Below are positions 1 through 12,073 of a stretch of 64,000 bases of DNA, in pieces. The stretch's first letter is position 1, and each line of letters begins with the position of its first letter. Both the position numbers and the translations under genes were made by a program. Source of the stretch: Cyanophora paradoxa CCMP329 (lineage: Eukaryota; Plantae; Glaucophyta); contig QPMI01000325.1 of assembly GCA_004431415.1 (NCBI GenBank), positions 1 to 64,000 on the forward strand, given 5' to 3'. The notes under the pieces were generated by a model. It searched no databases and was not told where the DNA came from. It saw only the letters and a list, made by a program, of their open reading frames with translations.

Positions 1-453
1 ATCTGCGCACGCGCGCTCAGCCGGCGGCGGTTTGACAGGGCCCACGGGCGCACCGGCTGACTGGGCGCGGCATCAGCACGTGGACGCGGAACTGACTTCT
101 ATCCCGCTGCGTCCGCGCTCCGCTCTCCCGATAGCTAGTACCACCGGCGGTTGTCGCGCCAGAGGGCGACGGCTCTGCCTCTCCATCCGGCATCTTGGAG
201 GGCGGGGGCGATCACCGTGTTCTAGCTACGACTTTCTAGCAAATCGCCGGCCCGCCCTCTGGCATGCTGGTGCCAATGCCGTTCGAGGGTTTGCTTCGCG
301 GTATCCCCCCGTTCTTCGCGCGGGAATCGCGCCGTGCTCCTGGGCGCTTTCGGCCAGTGTTCAGGAGTTTCGGCTCCTCATTTGCGCTGTCGGCCTGTCG
401 CCGCACAGCCGCAGGCTCAGCTTGCGCGGTTTCAGGCGGACAGGCCGTCCCCG

Positions 454-2548
454 ATGGCGAAAGACAGTGGCAGCGAGGAGCGCGTCCCTAAGAAGGCGAG
501 ACGAAGCGCTCCCGCGAAGGAGGGTGCGCTGCGGGATGCACGTTCGCTCGGCCGCCAAACCCGGCCTCACGCGCGCCTGCAGGGCCGCCGGAGCCCGCCA
601 AGCGCCCTCTTCGCTCCGCCGCACCAAAGGTACCGCGCTTTGTCGCTCGCCGGCCGCGCTTCGAACTGGGGACGCGCAGAAACCGATGAAGGATGCGGAC
701 GCGTCGGACGATTCGGACAGCGGTGCGGGTGTGTGCAATCGCCTAAAGCATCCGCGCATCCGCGCCAGCGGTTGCGTATAAGCGCTGAAACGCGGGCAGG
801 CGCCGAGGATCTCGAACGCCCGGTGAACGGGAAGGACGTGAACGGGAAGGCCGCCGGCAAGCGCGGCAAGCAGAAGAAGGGGTCGGAAAAGGAAGAGAAG
901 AAGGCCCAGAGCGGTGCGCGAGCGCCCGGACCTCGTCGCCCTGGGCGACAGCGATCCCCGCGTCGCGCAGACGAAGAGGAAAGCAAGCCCAAACGGAAGA
1001 AAGGAGTTAAGGAGAAGGCGGCGAAGAAGGAAGCGGAGGAGGAGAAGGCGAATGACAAGGGTAGCGACGAGGGAGAGGGCTCGAAAAACGGCCAGGAAGG
1101 GGATGATGGGGCCGGCCAGAAGAAGCGGAAGGCGGGCAAGACGGCAAAGCCCGTGGACGAGGAGAAGATCCGGATCCCGAACTACAAGGGCGGTGCGCCG
1201 CCTGGGGGGCGAGGGGGGGCGGGCGGGGGCCGACGCGGAGCCCCCGGCGGGGCAGAGATGCTGCTGACGGTGACGGAGGCGGAGCTGGCGGCGGTGGTGC
1301 GGTGCGAGGGGATCCGCAAGAAGAACGACTCGAACGAGATCGAGGCGATGGAGGAGACGCGGGGCTCGGAGGCCGAGGAGGAGGCCTTCTTCCGCTCCGG
1401 CAAGGAGGCCCCCGAGCGCTGCCTCACCGACTACGCCATCTTCCGCTCCGACGGCTCCGTCCGCCCTCCCCGCCCCGCGCGCAGCCGGCCGGCTGGGCGC
1501 GAGGCGGGGGGCGGCAGGGCGTGCGCGTGGAGGCGATCGAGGAGGAGGCGGAGGAGACGCTCTACTTCAGCGGCGTCGTCAAGCGCCTCGGGGACCCCTC
1601 GCCGGCCCTGGAGCCCGGCGTGCGCGTCGTCTGCAGCTTCCCCCTCGTCCAGTGGTGCCTCGAGTTCCCCGAGCGGCGGCGGGGCGAGGAGGAGGCGGGG
1701 CCCATCGTCTGGGTCCGCACCGAGCTCGCCTTCTACCGCCTCGTGCACCCCGCCAAGGAGTACGAGGCGCTCGCCAAGCCCGTCCGCGAGAAGGCCGCCG
1801 CCGTGCACGCCCTCTTCTGCGCCCTCCGCGAGAACATGGCCGCCCCCTACGAGCTCGTCCTCGACAAGGCCCGCCCCTCCGCCCCGCCGCGCGGCCCCGG
1901 GGCGCGGCTGAGGCGGCGCAGGTGGCGCAGCGGACGCCGGAGCGGCCCGTGACGGAGGCCTACCTCGTCGCCAACGCTCAGTTCGTCCTCCACCAGGTGC
2001 CCCCGCCCGCCCGCCGCGCCCCGCCGGGCTCGCCGCCGCGCCGCGCCGAGCGCCGGGCTGCAGCTGGAGGGCCTGGACGCGAGCACGCGGGAGAAGCTGG
2101 AGGAGCAGGGCGGCGGCGCGCACGCGGCCTCCAAGAAGAAGCGCAAGGCGGCGGCGGGGGCGGCGGCCGCCGAGGCCGGCGCGCTCTTCTGCAAGACCCC
2201 CTTCGCCGCCAAGCTCGAGGCGAAGCACAAGCAGCTGCTCGCTACGGGCGAGCTCTCCCGCTCCGCCGGCCTCCGCATGTCCAAGGACGCCCAGAGTGCG
2301 CACATGCGCACCGGACCGCGCGGGTGCCGGCGGGTGACGGGGCGAGCGGGGGCAGAGGCGGTGGAGCAGCGGCAGCGGGAGGAGGAGGCGGTGATGGGGC
2401 GGTACCCGGACGAGGAGGTCGTGTACGTGCCCGCGGAGACCGAGTTCCCCGAGGACGCGCAGCTGCCCGGCGAGGAGATCGACTTTGGCGCCCTCGCCGC
2501 CCTCGCCGCCGCCCGTGCCGCCGCCGCCGACGCCGCCGCCGCCGCCCG

Positions 2549-2579
<31 letters not shown>

Positions 2580-5500
2580 GAGGGTGGCGGCAAGAAGGGG
2601 CGGAGGGGCGGTAAGAAGGGGGAGGATGCGGGGGAGGAGGGGTTCGAGGGGATGCAGCTGCCGCGGCGGCACCTGGACGAGTTCGCGGTGTACGACGCCG
2701 ACTTCTCGATGGTGCCCCTCGAGGCCCTCTTCCTCGACGACGACGCCCCCGCCCTCGTCGAGATCTACGCCTCCGGCTTCGCCATGGCCCCCGCGCAGTG
2801 GGACCGCAAGGAGTCGGCCCAGCGCGCCGCCCGCGCCGGCCCCTCCCCCGGCCCCGCCGCCGCCGGCTCCAGCAGCGCCCCCGGCTCCAGCTCTGGCGCC
2901 GCTGCCGGCTCCAGCTCTGCAGCAGGATCGAGCTCGGCCGCAGGATCCAGCTCTGCGGCAGGATCGAGCGGCGCCGCGGGTTCCAGCTCGGCCGGGGGTT
3001 CCAGCTCGGCGGCGGGTTCCAGCTCGGCCGCGGGCTCCAGCTCGGCCGCGGGCTCCAGCTCGGCCGCGGGCTCCAGCTCGGCCGCGGGCTCCAGCTCGGC
3101 CGCGGGCTCCAGCTCGGCCGCGGGCTCGAGTTCGGGGGCGGCCGGCTCGAGCGCGGGGGCGTCGGCGGGGAGGCGGGCCGGGGAGGAGGAGGGGGCGGGT
3201 GCGGGGCTGGTGGAGGGGAGCGGGCGGCGGGTGTACCTGGGCCCCGTGACGGAGCTCTACTTCGACATCATCTCGGTGGAGGCGGACGCCGTCCCCGCCC
3301 TCGTGCTCCGCACGGGCTGCGCCGAGTACGCGCTCGAGAGCCCCGCCCTCGAGTACTCCGACTTCTTCGGGCCCGTCCTCCGCAAGCGCAACCTCGCATG
3401 GCGCATCATCGCCCGCCTCCGCGAGGAGTCCCGCGCCTCCAAAGTCAGGTCCGCCCCGCGCCCCCGCGCCGCCCCGGCCGCGCCGCGCGCGAGAGGCGGC
3501 GCAGCTTCGACGAGATCGTGCGGGAGATTGCCAAGGAGCCCATCTCCTCCCCGCACTTCATGCCCGCCACCCCCGCCCGCCCCGCCCCGGGCCCCGCCCC
3601 GCCCCTGAGGCCGCCGCAGCGGGAAGAAGCCGGAGAAGGTGGCGGCGGCGATCGTGCAGGCGGGGGTCTTCATCCTGCGCATGATCGAGAAGCTGGTGGA
3701 GCTCGTGCAGGTGACGTTCGGCTCGAGCGACCTCAACTTCCTCCGCTCCTGCTCCTTCGTCGCCGCCCTGCGCACCAAGATCCGGGAGCGGGAGGCGGCC
3801 GGGCCCTCCGCGCGCCTCGTCGAGCGCTACCGGGCGCTCCGCGAGCTGGCGCGCACGCAGCCGGGCCTCCTGCGGCGCGGCGGCCTGCGCATGCCGCGGG
3901 GCGCCAAGGTCGCCAAGGGGCCCACCAAGGCCACCGTCACGCCCCTCGTCGGCGCTATCTGGAACGACACCATCTTCACCTCCCAGACCCTCAACCTGCC
4001 CGCCGACGGCGCCGGGCCGGGGGGCGGGCAGGCCGAGGTCGACCCCGACGCAGTGCGCGCCCCCGAGGACCGCGAGGAGGAGGACGAGGAGGAGGAGGAG
4101 GAGAAGCCCGCGCAGGCCCCCAAGACCCGCTCCAACGCCGGCGTGCGCGCCCCGGGCCCCCGCGGGGTCGGCGAGGCGCTGAGGGGGCGGCAGCGGGGGG
4201 AGGCGCCGAGCACGGGGCGGGTCCGCGAGGGCTCCACCATCCGCTGGGAGGGCGAGCCCCTGGGGACCGTCGACGGCCGCACGTACTACTCGTGCGCCCC
4301 CGCCTTCCCCGCGGGCCCCGGGGGCCAGCGGTGCTGATGCCCGGGCAGGGCGGCGCGGGTCGGGGGCGTGCTGGTGCGCCCGCAGGAGACGTACCTGCGC
4401 TTCAAGCCGGCGGAGGGGGAGGTGCCGCTGCGGGAGGGGGCGGAGAAGGTGCCGGACTACATCGGGCGGGTGGCGGCGCTCTGGGAGGGGCGCTCGGCGG
4501 AGGGCGCGCGGGACAAGTTCGCCTTCGTCCAGTGGCTCTACCGCGGCGTCGACACCATCCTCGGCGACTTCTCGTCCGCCCGCCCCGCCCCGCCCCGCCC
4601 CGCCCTGGCGCGGGGCCCACGGAGGGGGGCAGCGACCCCCGCGTCCTCTTCCTCTCCACGCACTGGAGCGAGAACTCGCTGAGCTGCATCGCGGGGCCCG
4701 CCGAGGTGCGCGTCGGCGAGGAGCCCGAGGGCGTCGAGAGCGTCACCGGCGCCGCCGGCACCGCCCGCGAGGAGCCCTCCGTCTTCTTCATGTCCAAGTG
4801 CGCCCCGCTGAAGCGAGAGGCGCCGGCCGCGCCGACGCGGCGGGCGGCAGGATGTACCGCCCCTTCACGCCCTGCTTCACGGACCTGCCGACGGAGAAGC
4901 CGCCGGCGACGGCCGCCTCCGCGCACGCCTTCTGCGTCCAGTGCGGCGCCCGCCTCCCTCCGCGCACGGGGCGGCGGCTGAGGCGGGGCAGGACGAGCGC
5001 GATGCAGGCGCTGCGGAAGAGCGGGGAGCTGCAGGTGGACTGGGACGACGAGGACGCGCTGCCGGCCGATAAGAAGGCCAAGGGCGCCCGCCAGTACTCC
5101 CGCATCATGGTCACCCGGTGGGACCACCGCGCCGACGCCCTCGAGACGTGCCCGCCCCCCGCCCCCCGCCCCCTCGGGGGCCCACGCCGGCGCAGGACGG
5201 CCTTTTCGGTGGGGGACTGCTGCTACCTGCACCCGGACGCGCACGCGTTCGAGTACCCGCGGGCGCTGGAGGTGCCGGACACGAGCCACCGGGTGCAGTA
5301 CGGCGGCCGCAAGTCTCAGTTCATCAAGGGCTCCGCCGGCTGCGCCCCGCCCTTCGTCGTCGCCCAGATCCTCGCCTTCCACCGCGTCCGCCCCGCCCCC
5401 CCGCCCCCCCGCCTCCCCGGTGCGGGGCGCGGGTGACGGGGCGCAGGGGGCGGGGGAGGAGGGCGAGCTGCGCGTGCGCCTCTTCTACCGCCCCGAGAAC

Positions 5501-7585
5501 ACCCACGAGGAGCGCGCCCTCGCCTACTCCTCCCCCTTCCGCGTCCGCACCGCCCCGCCCGCCCGCCCGCCCGCCGCCCGCCCGGCCGCCCGGCGTTGCT
5601 GACGGGCGGCAGCTGCTCTTCTGGAGCGGGGAGGAGGCGACGGTGGGGGTGGAGCACCTACGGGGCTCCTGCATGGTGGCCCGCAAGGACGCCGAGATCT
5701 TCGACCTCGACGCCTTCCTCGCGTGCGCCCCGGGCCCCGCCCCGCCCCGTCCCCGCCCGCCCGGCCTGAGCCGGCGCAGCGGGGAGGACCGCTTCTACTA
5801 CGAGCAGGCGTACGACCCCAAGGCGAAGAAGTTCGGGCCCGTCCCCGCCGGCGTCAAGACCTCCCGGCCCCTCCCCGCCGCCCCCGGTGGCGAGGCGCAG
5901 GGGGCCGGCAAGGGCAAGGGCAAGGGGAAGGAGAAGGAGGCGCGCGCGGAGGCGAAGGAGGCCGCTGCCCCCGCGCGGCTGGCGGCGATGGACATCTTCG
6001 CGGGGTGCGGGGGCCTCTCGTGGGGCCTCGAGCAGGCGGGGGTCATCGAGACCAAGTGGGCGGTGGACATGAGCGAGCAGGCCCTCGCCGCCTTCCGCAC
6101 CAACCACCCCGCCGCCGCCACCTTCACCGAGGACTGCAACGGCGCGCCCCGCCCCGCCGCAGCCCCGCCCCGCCCCCCTCACCGCCCCGCAGAGCTCCTC
6201 ATGAAGGCGATGAACGGCCAGGCCGACCCGCGCTTCCCCAAGAAGGGCGAGGCGCGCCCCGCCCCGCCCCTCCGCCTTCCCTCGACGCTGACGGCCGGCG
6301 GCAGGTGGGGATGCTCATCGGGGGGCCCCCGTGCCAGGGGTATAGCGGGATGAACCGGTTCGCGGAGCGGGAGCGGGCGGCGCTGCTGAACTCGCTGGTG
6401 GTCTCGTACCTCTCGTTCTGCGACTTCTACCGGCCGCGCTTCTTCCTGCTGGAGAACGTGAAGACCTTCGTGGACAAGTACAAGGGGGCCGTCCTGAAGC
6501 TCTGCCTCCGCACCCTCACGGCGATGGGCTACCAGTGCCGCTTCGGCATCCTCCAGGCCGGCAGCTACGGCGTGCCCCAGTCGCGCCGCCGCCTCTTCAT
6601 CCTCGCCGCCCTCCCGGGCGAGCGCCTGCCCGCCTTCCCCGAGCCCCTCCACGTCTTCCCCCGCGCCGACTCCCAGGCCCGCGCGCCGCCCCCGCCCCTC
6701 CCCCGCCGCCGGGGCGAGCGGGGCGGCGCAGATCGCGATGAACCTGCGGATGTACGACGGGAGCGCGTTGCGGTTCGTGGCGGTGCGGCGGACGGAGTCG
6801 GCGCCGCTGCGGGCGGTGACGGTGCGGGACGCGATCGAGGACCTGCCGCCCGTGCGCCTCGGCGCGGCCGAGGTCGAGCTGCCCTACGCCGCCGCCCTCG
6901 TCAACGACTACCAGCGGCGCATGCGCGCGGGGGCGGCCCCCGCGCTGCTCTACGAGCACGTGGTGAAGGCGATCCGGGACGAGATCGTCGTGGTGCGCAT
7001 CCAGCGCATCCCGAAGCGCCGCGGGGCCGACTGGCGCGACCTCCCCGACATCAAGGCCCGCCCCGCCCCCGCGCCCCGCCCCGCGCGCCCCGCGCCCCGG
7101 CCTGACGCCCCGCAGGTGATCCTCTCCGACGGCAAGACCGACGACCTCATCCCCTTCTGCCTCCCCGTGCGCCCCGCGCCCCCGCGCGCCGCGCCGCGCG
7201 CCGCTGAGGGGCGGGGGCGGGGCGCAGAACACGGCGGCGCGGCACAACGCGTGGGCGGGGCTGTACGGGCGGCTGGACCCCGAGGGCCAGTTCTCGACCA
7301 TCACGACGGAGCCGAACCCGCTCGCCAAGGCCGGCCTCGCCCTCCACCCCACCCAGGACCGCATCATCTCCGTCCGCGAGTGCGCCCGCGCCCAGGGCTT
7401 CCCCGACTGCTTCCGCTTCGCCGGCGCCGTCGGCGACAAGTACCGCCAGGCCCGCCCCCGGCCCGCCCCCGCCCGCCCCGCGCCCTCACGCCCCGCAGAT
7501 CGGCAATGCCGTGCCGCCGCCCCTGGGGCAGGCCATCGGCCTCGAAATCAAGAAGGCCCTCCTCCCCAGCTCCAAGAAGCTCTAG
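454..7585 (+). CDS. DNMT1: DNA (cytosine-5) methyltransferase 1 (DNMT1/MET1-like), multi-exon
   Basis: Spliced exons give C5-MTase motifs [14 protein letters not shown] (I), [14 protein letters not shown] (IV), FLLENV (VI), YGVPQSRRR (VIII), [21 protein letters not shown] (IX) and [11 protein letters not shown] (X). There are two RFTS-like segments ([10 protein letters not shown]...[12 protein letters not shown]; [11 protein letters not shown]...[10 protein letters not shown]), BAH-like segments (FSVGDCCYL; [11 protein letters not shown]) and a GKGKGKGK linker. Stop TAG at 7583-7585; start ATG 454 is tentative. Confidence 0.95.
2866..3165 (+). repeat. Coding 18-bp tandem repeat (GSSSAA)n inside DNMT1
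   Basis: Unit ggctccagctcggccgcg repeats near-perfectly at about 3033-3122 with degenerate flanking copies, and translates to AAGSSS repeats. Confidence 0.9.
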
Positions 7586-7999
7586 CTAGCCTGCGGGGCG
7601 CTCTCAGCCGTACCCGCCGCCCAGGCGCGCGGGAGCTAGCGCTTGTCAATTCAGAATCGAATTTTGCAGAATTTCCTGCGTTCGCAGGGGAAAGAGAGAA
7701 ACGGGAGTACACTATTCCTACCCACTTGCTTCCTAGCCTCGAAGAGCGGCTTCTGGCAATCAGAATAGCGTCATCGGTACACGCGCACGAGACAACCTCT
7801 CTGTGTGCGTAGCGCCGGGAGAGAGAGCCAGATATAGACACCCGTCCTAGAAAGCTCATCGAGCCTTCTTAACGATGTGAAAGGAGGCTCGACTGCTCCG
7901 CCGGGAGCTCGACTGATCCGCGGCCGCGCGCAGCAAACGTTTGCGCGGTTCGGGGATACTCGCTGCGAGCGGCGGCTTTAGCCAGCTAGCACATCGACG

Positions 8000-8650
8000 A
8001 TGCCGCACTACGAGAACCAGACGTACTCGGATTACAAGGTCAGTCCCCGGCCCCCCTCTTGTGTTTCGCCGGCGCCGGCCTCGAGCTCAGCCATGCCAGG
8101 TCGGAGTCGGCAAGGAGCGCCACATGCACGAGATTCTTCACGGGAGGGACACGTCATGGCTCAAGTGAGTCGTCGACCTGCTTCGCACGCCAGCGCGCTG
8201 GTACACGGAGCTGACGCCCCGCGCAGGACTGCTGTACCGCCTGGTGCGGCAGCGCGCGGCGGCCGCACGCCCAAGGCCGCCGGCGGGGGCTCACGCGCCG
8301 GCGCAGGCTGGAAGATCTCGCCGGCGACCAAGGCGCACGCGGTGGACACGACGCGCCCGAACTTCGCGCTGAAGCCGCCCCCGGAGCCGCAGCCGCGCTC
8401 CCCCGCGCCCGGCGACGGCGAGCCGGTCGACGACACGGTGCGCCGCCTGGGACCGCCCCTGCCGCCGCCCCCGCCGCCCCCGCGGCCGCGCTGCAGCTGG
8501 GCGGGGCCGACGTGCGCGCAGCCGCTGTTCCGGACGGTGGCGGACCGGCGGACGTTCAAGCCGACGCCGGAGGAGCAGATGTACCTCTCCCTCGCCATCG
8601 GCTCCAAGCGCCGCCTCGACGGCGGCTTCTACGGCTTCAAGGCCCAGTAG
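8000..8650 (+). CDS. Small hypothetical protein, multi-exon
   Basis: ATG 8000 (MPHYENQTYSDYK), GT-AG introns (gtcagt, gtgagt donors), last exon ...LDGGFYGFKAQ* ending at TAG 8650. Family not recognised. Confidence 0.55.
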   Translation: MPHYENQTYSDYKVSPRPPSCVSPAPASSSAMPGRSRQGAPHARDSSREGHVMAQVSRRPASHASALVHGADAPRRTAVPPGAAARGGRTPKAAGGGSRAGAGWKISPATKAHAVDTTRPNFALKPPPEPQPRSPAPGDGEPVDDTVRRLGPPLPPPPPPPRPRCSWAGPTCAQPLFRTVADRRTFKPTPEEQMYLSLAIGSKRRLDGGFYGFKAQ

Positions 8651-8974
8651 CACCCCGCCCCGCCCCGCCCCGTCCCGTCCCGTCCGCCCGACCCGCGCGC
8701 GGAGCCTTGGAGCCCGTCGCCTCCTCGTCGCATTGGGGCACGCGTGCGGCTGCGGAGCGCGGCGCCAGAGAGCAGGAAATTACACACACGCACACACACG
8801 CTAGCTAGAATAATATGAACCCAATACATAAGATCAGGAGCCTGCGCCGCGAGTCAAAGAAGCTTCTAGATCTAGAGGCGCGATGGATATCCGAGCGAAA
8901 GCATAAGAAAAGCGCTGGTCGCGGCAGCGTGAAATGGAAAGGGGCGCCGTGGCCCGGCGGCATGCGCAGCGCGG

Positions 8975-11900
8975 TCACTCGGCGGCGAGGGCCGGGGCGG
9001 CGCTGGGGGAGAGCGAGGACTCGCGGGCCGGGGCGGGCGGGGCACGGAAGGATGTGCGGAGGGCGGAGAGGGCCCTTTTAAAGCGGGCGGAGCGCTCGCC
9101 CGGGGGCGTCGAGGCGGGGTCGAGGCCGGAGGGGCGGCGGGTGGGGAGCGGGAGGAGGGCGGCGGGGCGGGCCCCGGGGGTGCCGGGGCTCGGGGTGCCC
9201 CCCGAGGCGGGGCTCCCCGGCCCTCCGAGACCTCCAGCGGGGCGAGGCCGGGCGGGGAGCCGCGCGCCCCCCACGGGCGCCCCGGCGGCGTCCCCGCGGG
9301 GGAGCCGCTCTCGGCGCGCGCGAGGGGCGACTCGCGCCGAGGGCGGGGCTCGCGGGGCGCTCGAGCGGGGGCAGGGCGGCCAGGGAGCCCGAGCGGCCGG
9401 CGAGGAAGGCGAGGCCGCCGCCCCCGGCCCCCGGGAGAGGGCGGCGAGGTCGGGGCCGGCGACGCGCGTGCCCCGCGCCCCCTCCAGCAGCGCCCCCGGC
9501 GGCCCCGCCGCCGCCGCCTCGCCGCCGCCGCCGCCTCGACGTCCCTGCCGGCGCTCAGCGCCGCGGTGGGGCCGGGGAGGAGGGCGGAGCGCACGACGCG
9601 GCGCCGTGGGCGAGGCTGGGGGCGGACGCGGGGGCCCGCCCTGAGGTCCGCTCGGCGAGCCGCCGCGCGGCTTTGAAGCTCATCCGGTGCAGGCTGAAGC
9701 TCTGCGCCCGCCTCTCCAGGCCCCCCCGCCCCCCGTCCTCCGACACGTACCCCTGCGCACCCGTGGGCGGGGGGCGGGGCCGGAGCGGGGCCGGGGGACG
9801 CACGCTGGGGGTGGAGGGGACGGCGAGGGTGGAGGAGGCGCGGAGGAGCGGGGGCGGGGCCGGGGCGGGGCCCGGGGCGGGCGGCTCGGGCTCGGCGAGC
9901 AGCGGGGGCCGCCCGACCTCGATCTTGAGGCTGCCGCCCGAGGGGGGCCCCTTGAGGCTGCCCCCGGAGGAGGGGCCCTTCAGGCTGCCCCCGGAGCGAG
10001 GCCCCGTTGCCGACAGCAGCGCCCCCAGCCCCCCAGCGCCTCCCCCGCGCCCGCTCCGGCCCGGCCCTGGCCCCCGCGGCGGGGGCGGAGCGGGCGGCGA
10101 GGGAGGCGGCGATGGAGGCGAGGGGGTCGCGGGCGGGGCCGGCGGCCCGGGCGTCGGCGCGGCGGCGGCGGAGACGGCGGAGAGGCGGCGGGAGGCCTCC
10201 GCGAGGGCCGCCTCCACGCCCCCTGCCCCGCGCTGCGGCGCCCCCGCGCCGGCGGCGGCGGGGCGCTCCTCGGCGGGGGCGGCGTGCGGGCTCGAGCGCG
10301 CCTCGGCGAGGCGACGGGCGGCCTTGCGGGGCCCCCGCGAGGCACCCCTGCGGGAGGTCGCTGTAGTACCCGACCTCCTCCTCCACCGCCGCCAGCAGGC
10401 CCCGGGCCCCCCGCGGCGGCCGCCGGGCCGACGGGGCGGAAGAAGAAGCTCTTCTGGTGGGCGAGGGCGGCGGCCATGCCGCGGAAGGCCGCCCCGCCGG
10501 CCTCGCCGCGCCGGCGGCCGGCCTCCTCGCCCTCGTCGTCGTCGTCGTCGGTGCCGGGGGCGCCTCGGCCTCGGCCTCGCGGCGCAGGCGGGCCTTCACG
10601 GCGCCCTCCCCCGCCTTCCCCCGCCACGACCGCGACCGCGGCATCCGAGACGCCCCCGCGGGGGGCCCGCCGCCGCCGCCGGCGCCACCCCGCGGGTGGG
10701 GCCGGGGCGGCGTCGCGCCCCGTGCCGAGGAGCTGCGACTGTGCGAGCTCGCTCGCCTCGAGCACCGCCCGCAGCAGCCGCCCCAGCGCCGCCCCGAGCT
10801 CTGCCTCGCCCCGTCAGCGCGGCGGGGCGCGGCGGGCGGGGCGGGGCGGGACCGGCGCGGGCGGCGTCGCAGTCGAGTGTGAAGAGGACGGCGGGGCCGG
10901 CGGCGAGCGCCCGGCGCACGATGCGGTCCGCCGCGCTCTGCGCGTCGAGCCAGCGGGGCCAGAGGGCCTCGCCCGGGCCGGCGCGCGTGAGGCGCTCGCC
11001 GGGAGGCGCGGGGTGGCGGGGATGGAGGGCCCGGCGGGGTCGTCGGGGAGGGTGTCGGGGCCGGGGCGTAGTGGAGGCGAGGGCGCCGTCGAGGAGGAAG
11101 TGGAGGGGCCGAGCGCCGCGCCGGCCGCGAGGAGCGGCTCCAGGGCGGCGTCCTCGGGGGCGGCGGCGCGGGGCCGCGCCTCGAGGGCCCCCGCGTAGAG
11201 CTGCTCCCCGTCCCGCAGCAGCCGCCGCGCCCCCGCCCCGCCAGCGCCCGCAGCTCCCGCCCCGTTGCGTCCAGCAGCCCTGGCACCGTCTGCCCCCGTG
11301 GCCCGTGAGCCGCCGGGTGCCGGCGTGGGGAGCGGGGCGGGGGGCGGGCGGACGGCGAGGAAGTCGGTGACGCGGGAGAGGTCGCCGGCGCGCTTGGCCT
11401 CGCGGGCGCGGCGCCAGGCGGCGTGCGGGTGGACCAGCAGGCGGGTCCCCTCCGCGGCGCTCACCGCCGAGAAAGCGCGGGGCCCCGGCTCGAGGGCCGC
11501 CGCCACGCCGAACGCCGAGCCGCCTTGCAGCGTCTCCTTCAGCCCGGGCGCCCCCGCCGCCCCCGGCCACGAGACCTCCACCGCCCCTGCGCGTCCCCCG
11601 CCGCCTGAGCCGCGGCCGCCAAAGCGCGCGCGGCGACGGCGGCCGAGGGCCGGTGCACCGGAGAGGACTTGGAAGCAGGCGTCGCCGTGGTCGCCGCACA
11701 CAAAGACGGCGCTGCGGGCCCCGCAGCTCTGCAGCGTCAGCTCCCGGCACACGCCGTCCATCAGCGCCGTGTCCTCCTCCAGCGCATCCCCTGCGCGCCC
11801 CGCCCGCGGTGAGCCAGCGCCGGTGGCGGCGGCGAGGGGCAGCGGCTCGCCCAGAGGAGTGATCGAGACCCATGGCCGCAGGGCGGCGATGTCCTCTGCC

Positions 11901-12073
11901 GTGCGCTGCGCTCCGCTGCGCCCCGCCGGCGTCAGCGGCGATCGCAAAGGCAGCAGCTTTGGCGGATTGAGGCCGCACTCTTTAGCCGCGGCGCTAGCTG
12001 CCGCCGCTGCGGCCGCCGGCTCCAGAAGCCTACGGCATCGATCTCCTTCGGCCGCAATCACATCCGCGCTCAT
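8975..12073 (-). CDS. Cyclic-nucleotide-binding domain protein with low-complexity C-terminus
   Basis: cNMP-fold pattern VCRELTLQSCGARSAVFVCGDHGDACFQVLSG...VEV...TLQGGSAFGVAAALEPGPRAFSAVSAAEGTRLLV. A second degenerate repeat follows (LRDGEQLYAG...GPGEAL). Ends are approximate. Confidence 0.65.

Noticed and set aside
301-310. GTATCCCC as a U12 GT-AG donor
   Set aside because: It mismatches the TCCTT core, has no supported upstream exon and fits the promoter-motif family better.
2866-3165. Regular repeat considered as a CRISPR-like array
   Set aside because: Head-to-tail 18-bp coding repeat with no spacers, in a eukaryotic context.
9925-9995. Three GGSLK(GP) coding repeats in the cNMP protein, and a 27-bp duplication at about 53210-53260 in kinesin
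   Set aside because: Ordinary slippage repeats in disordered regions.
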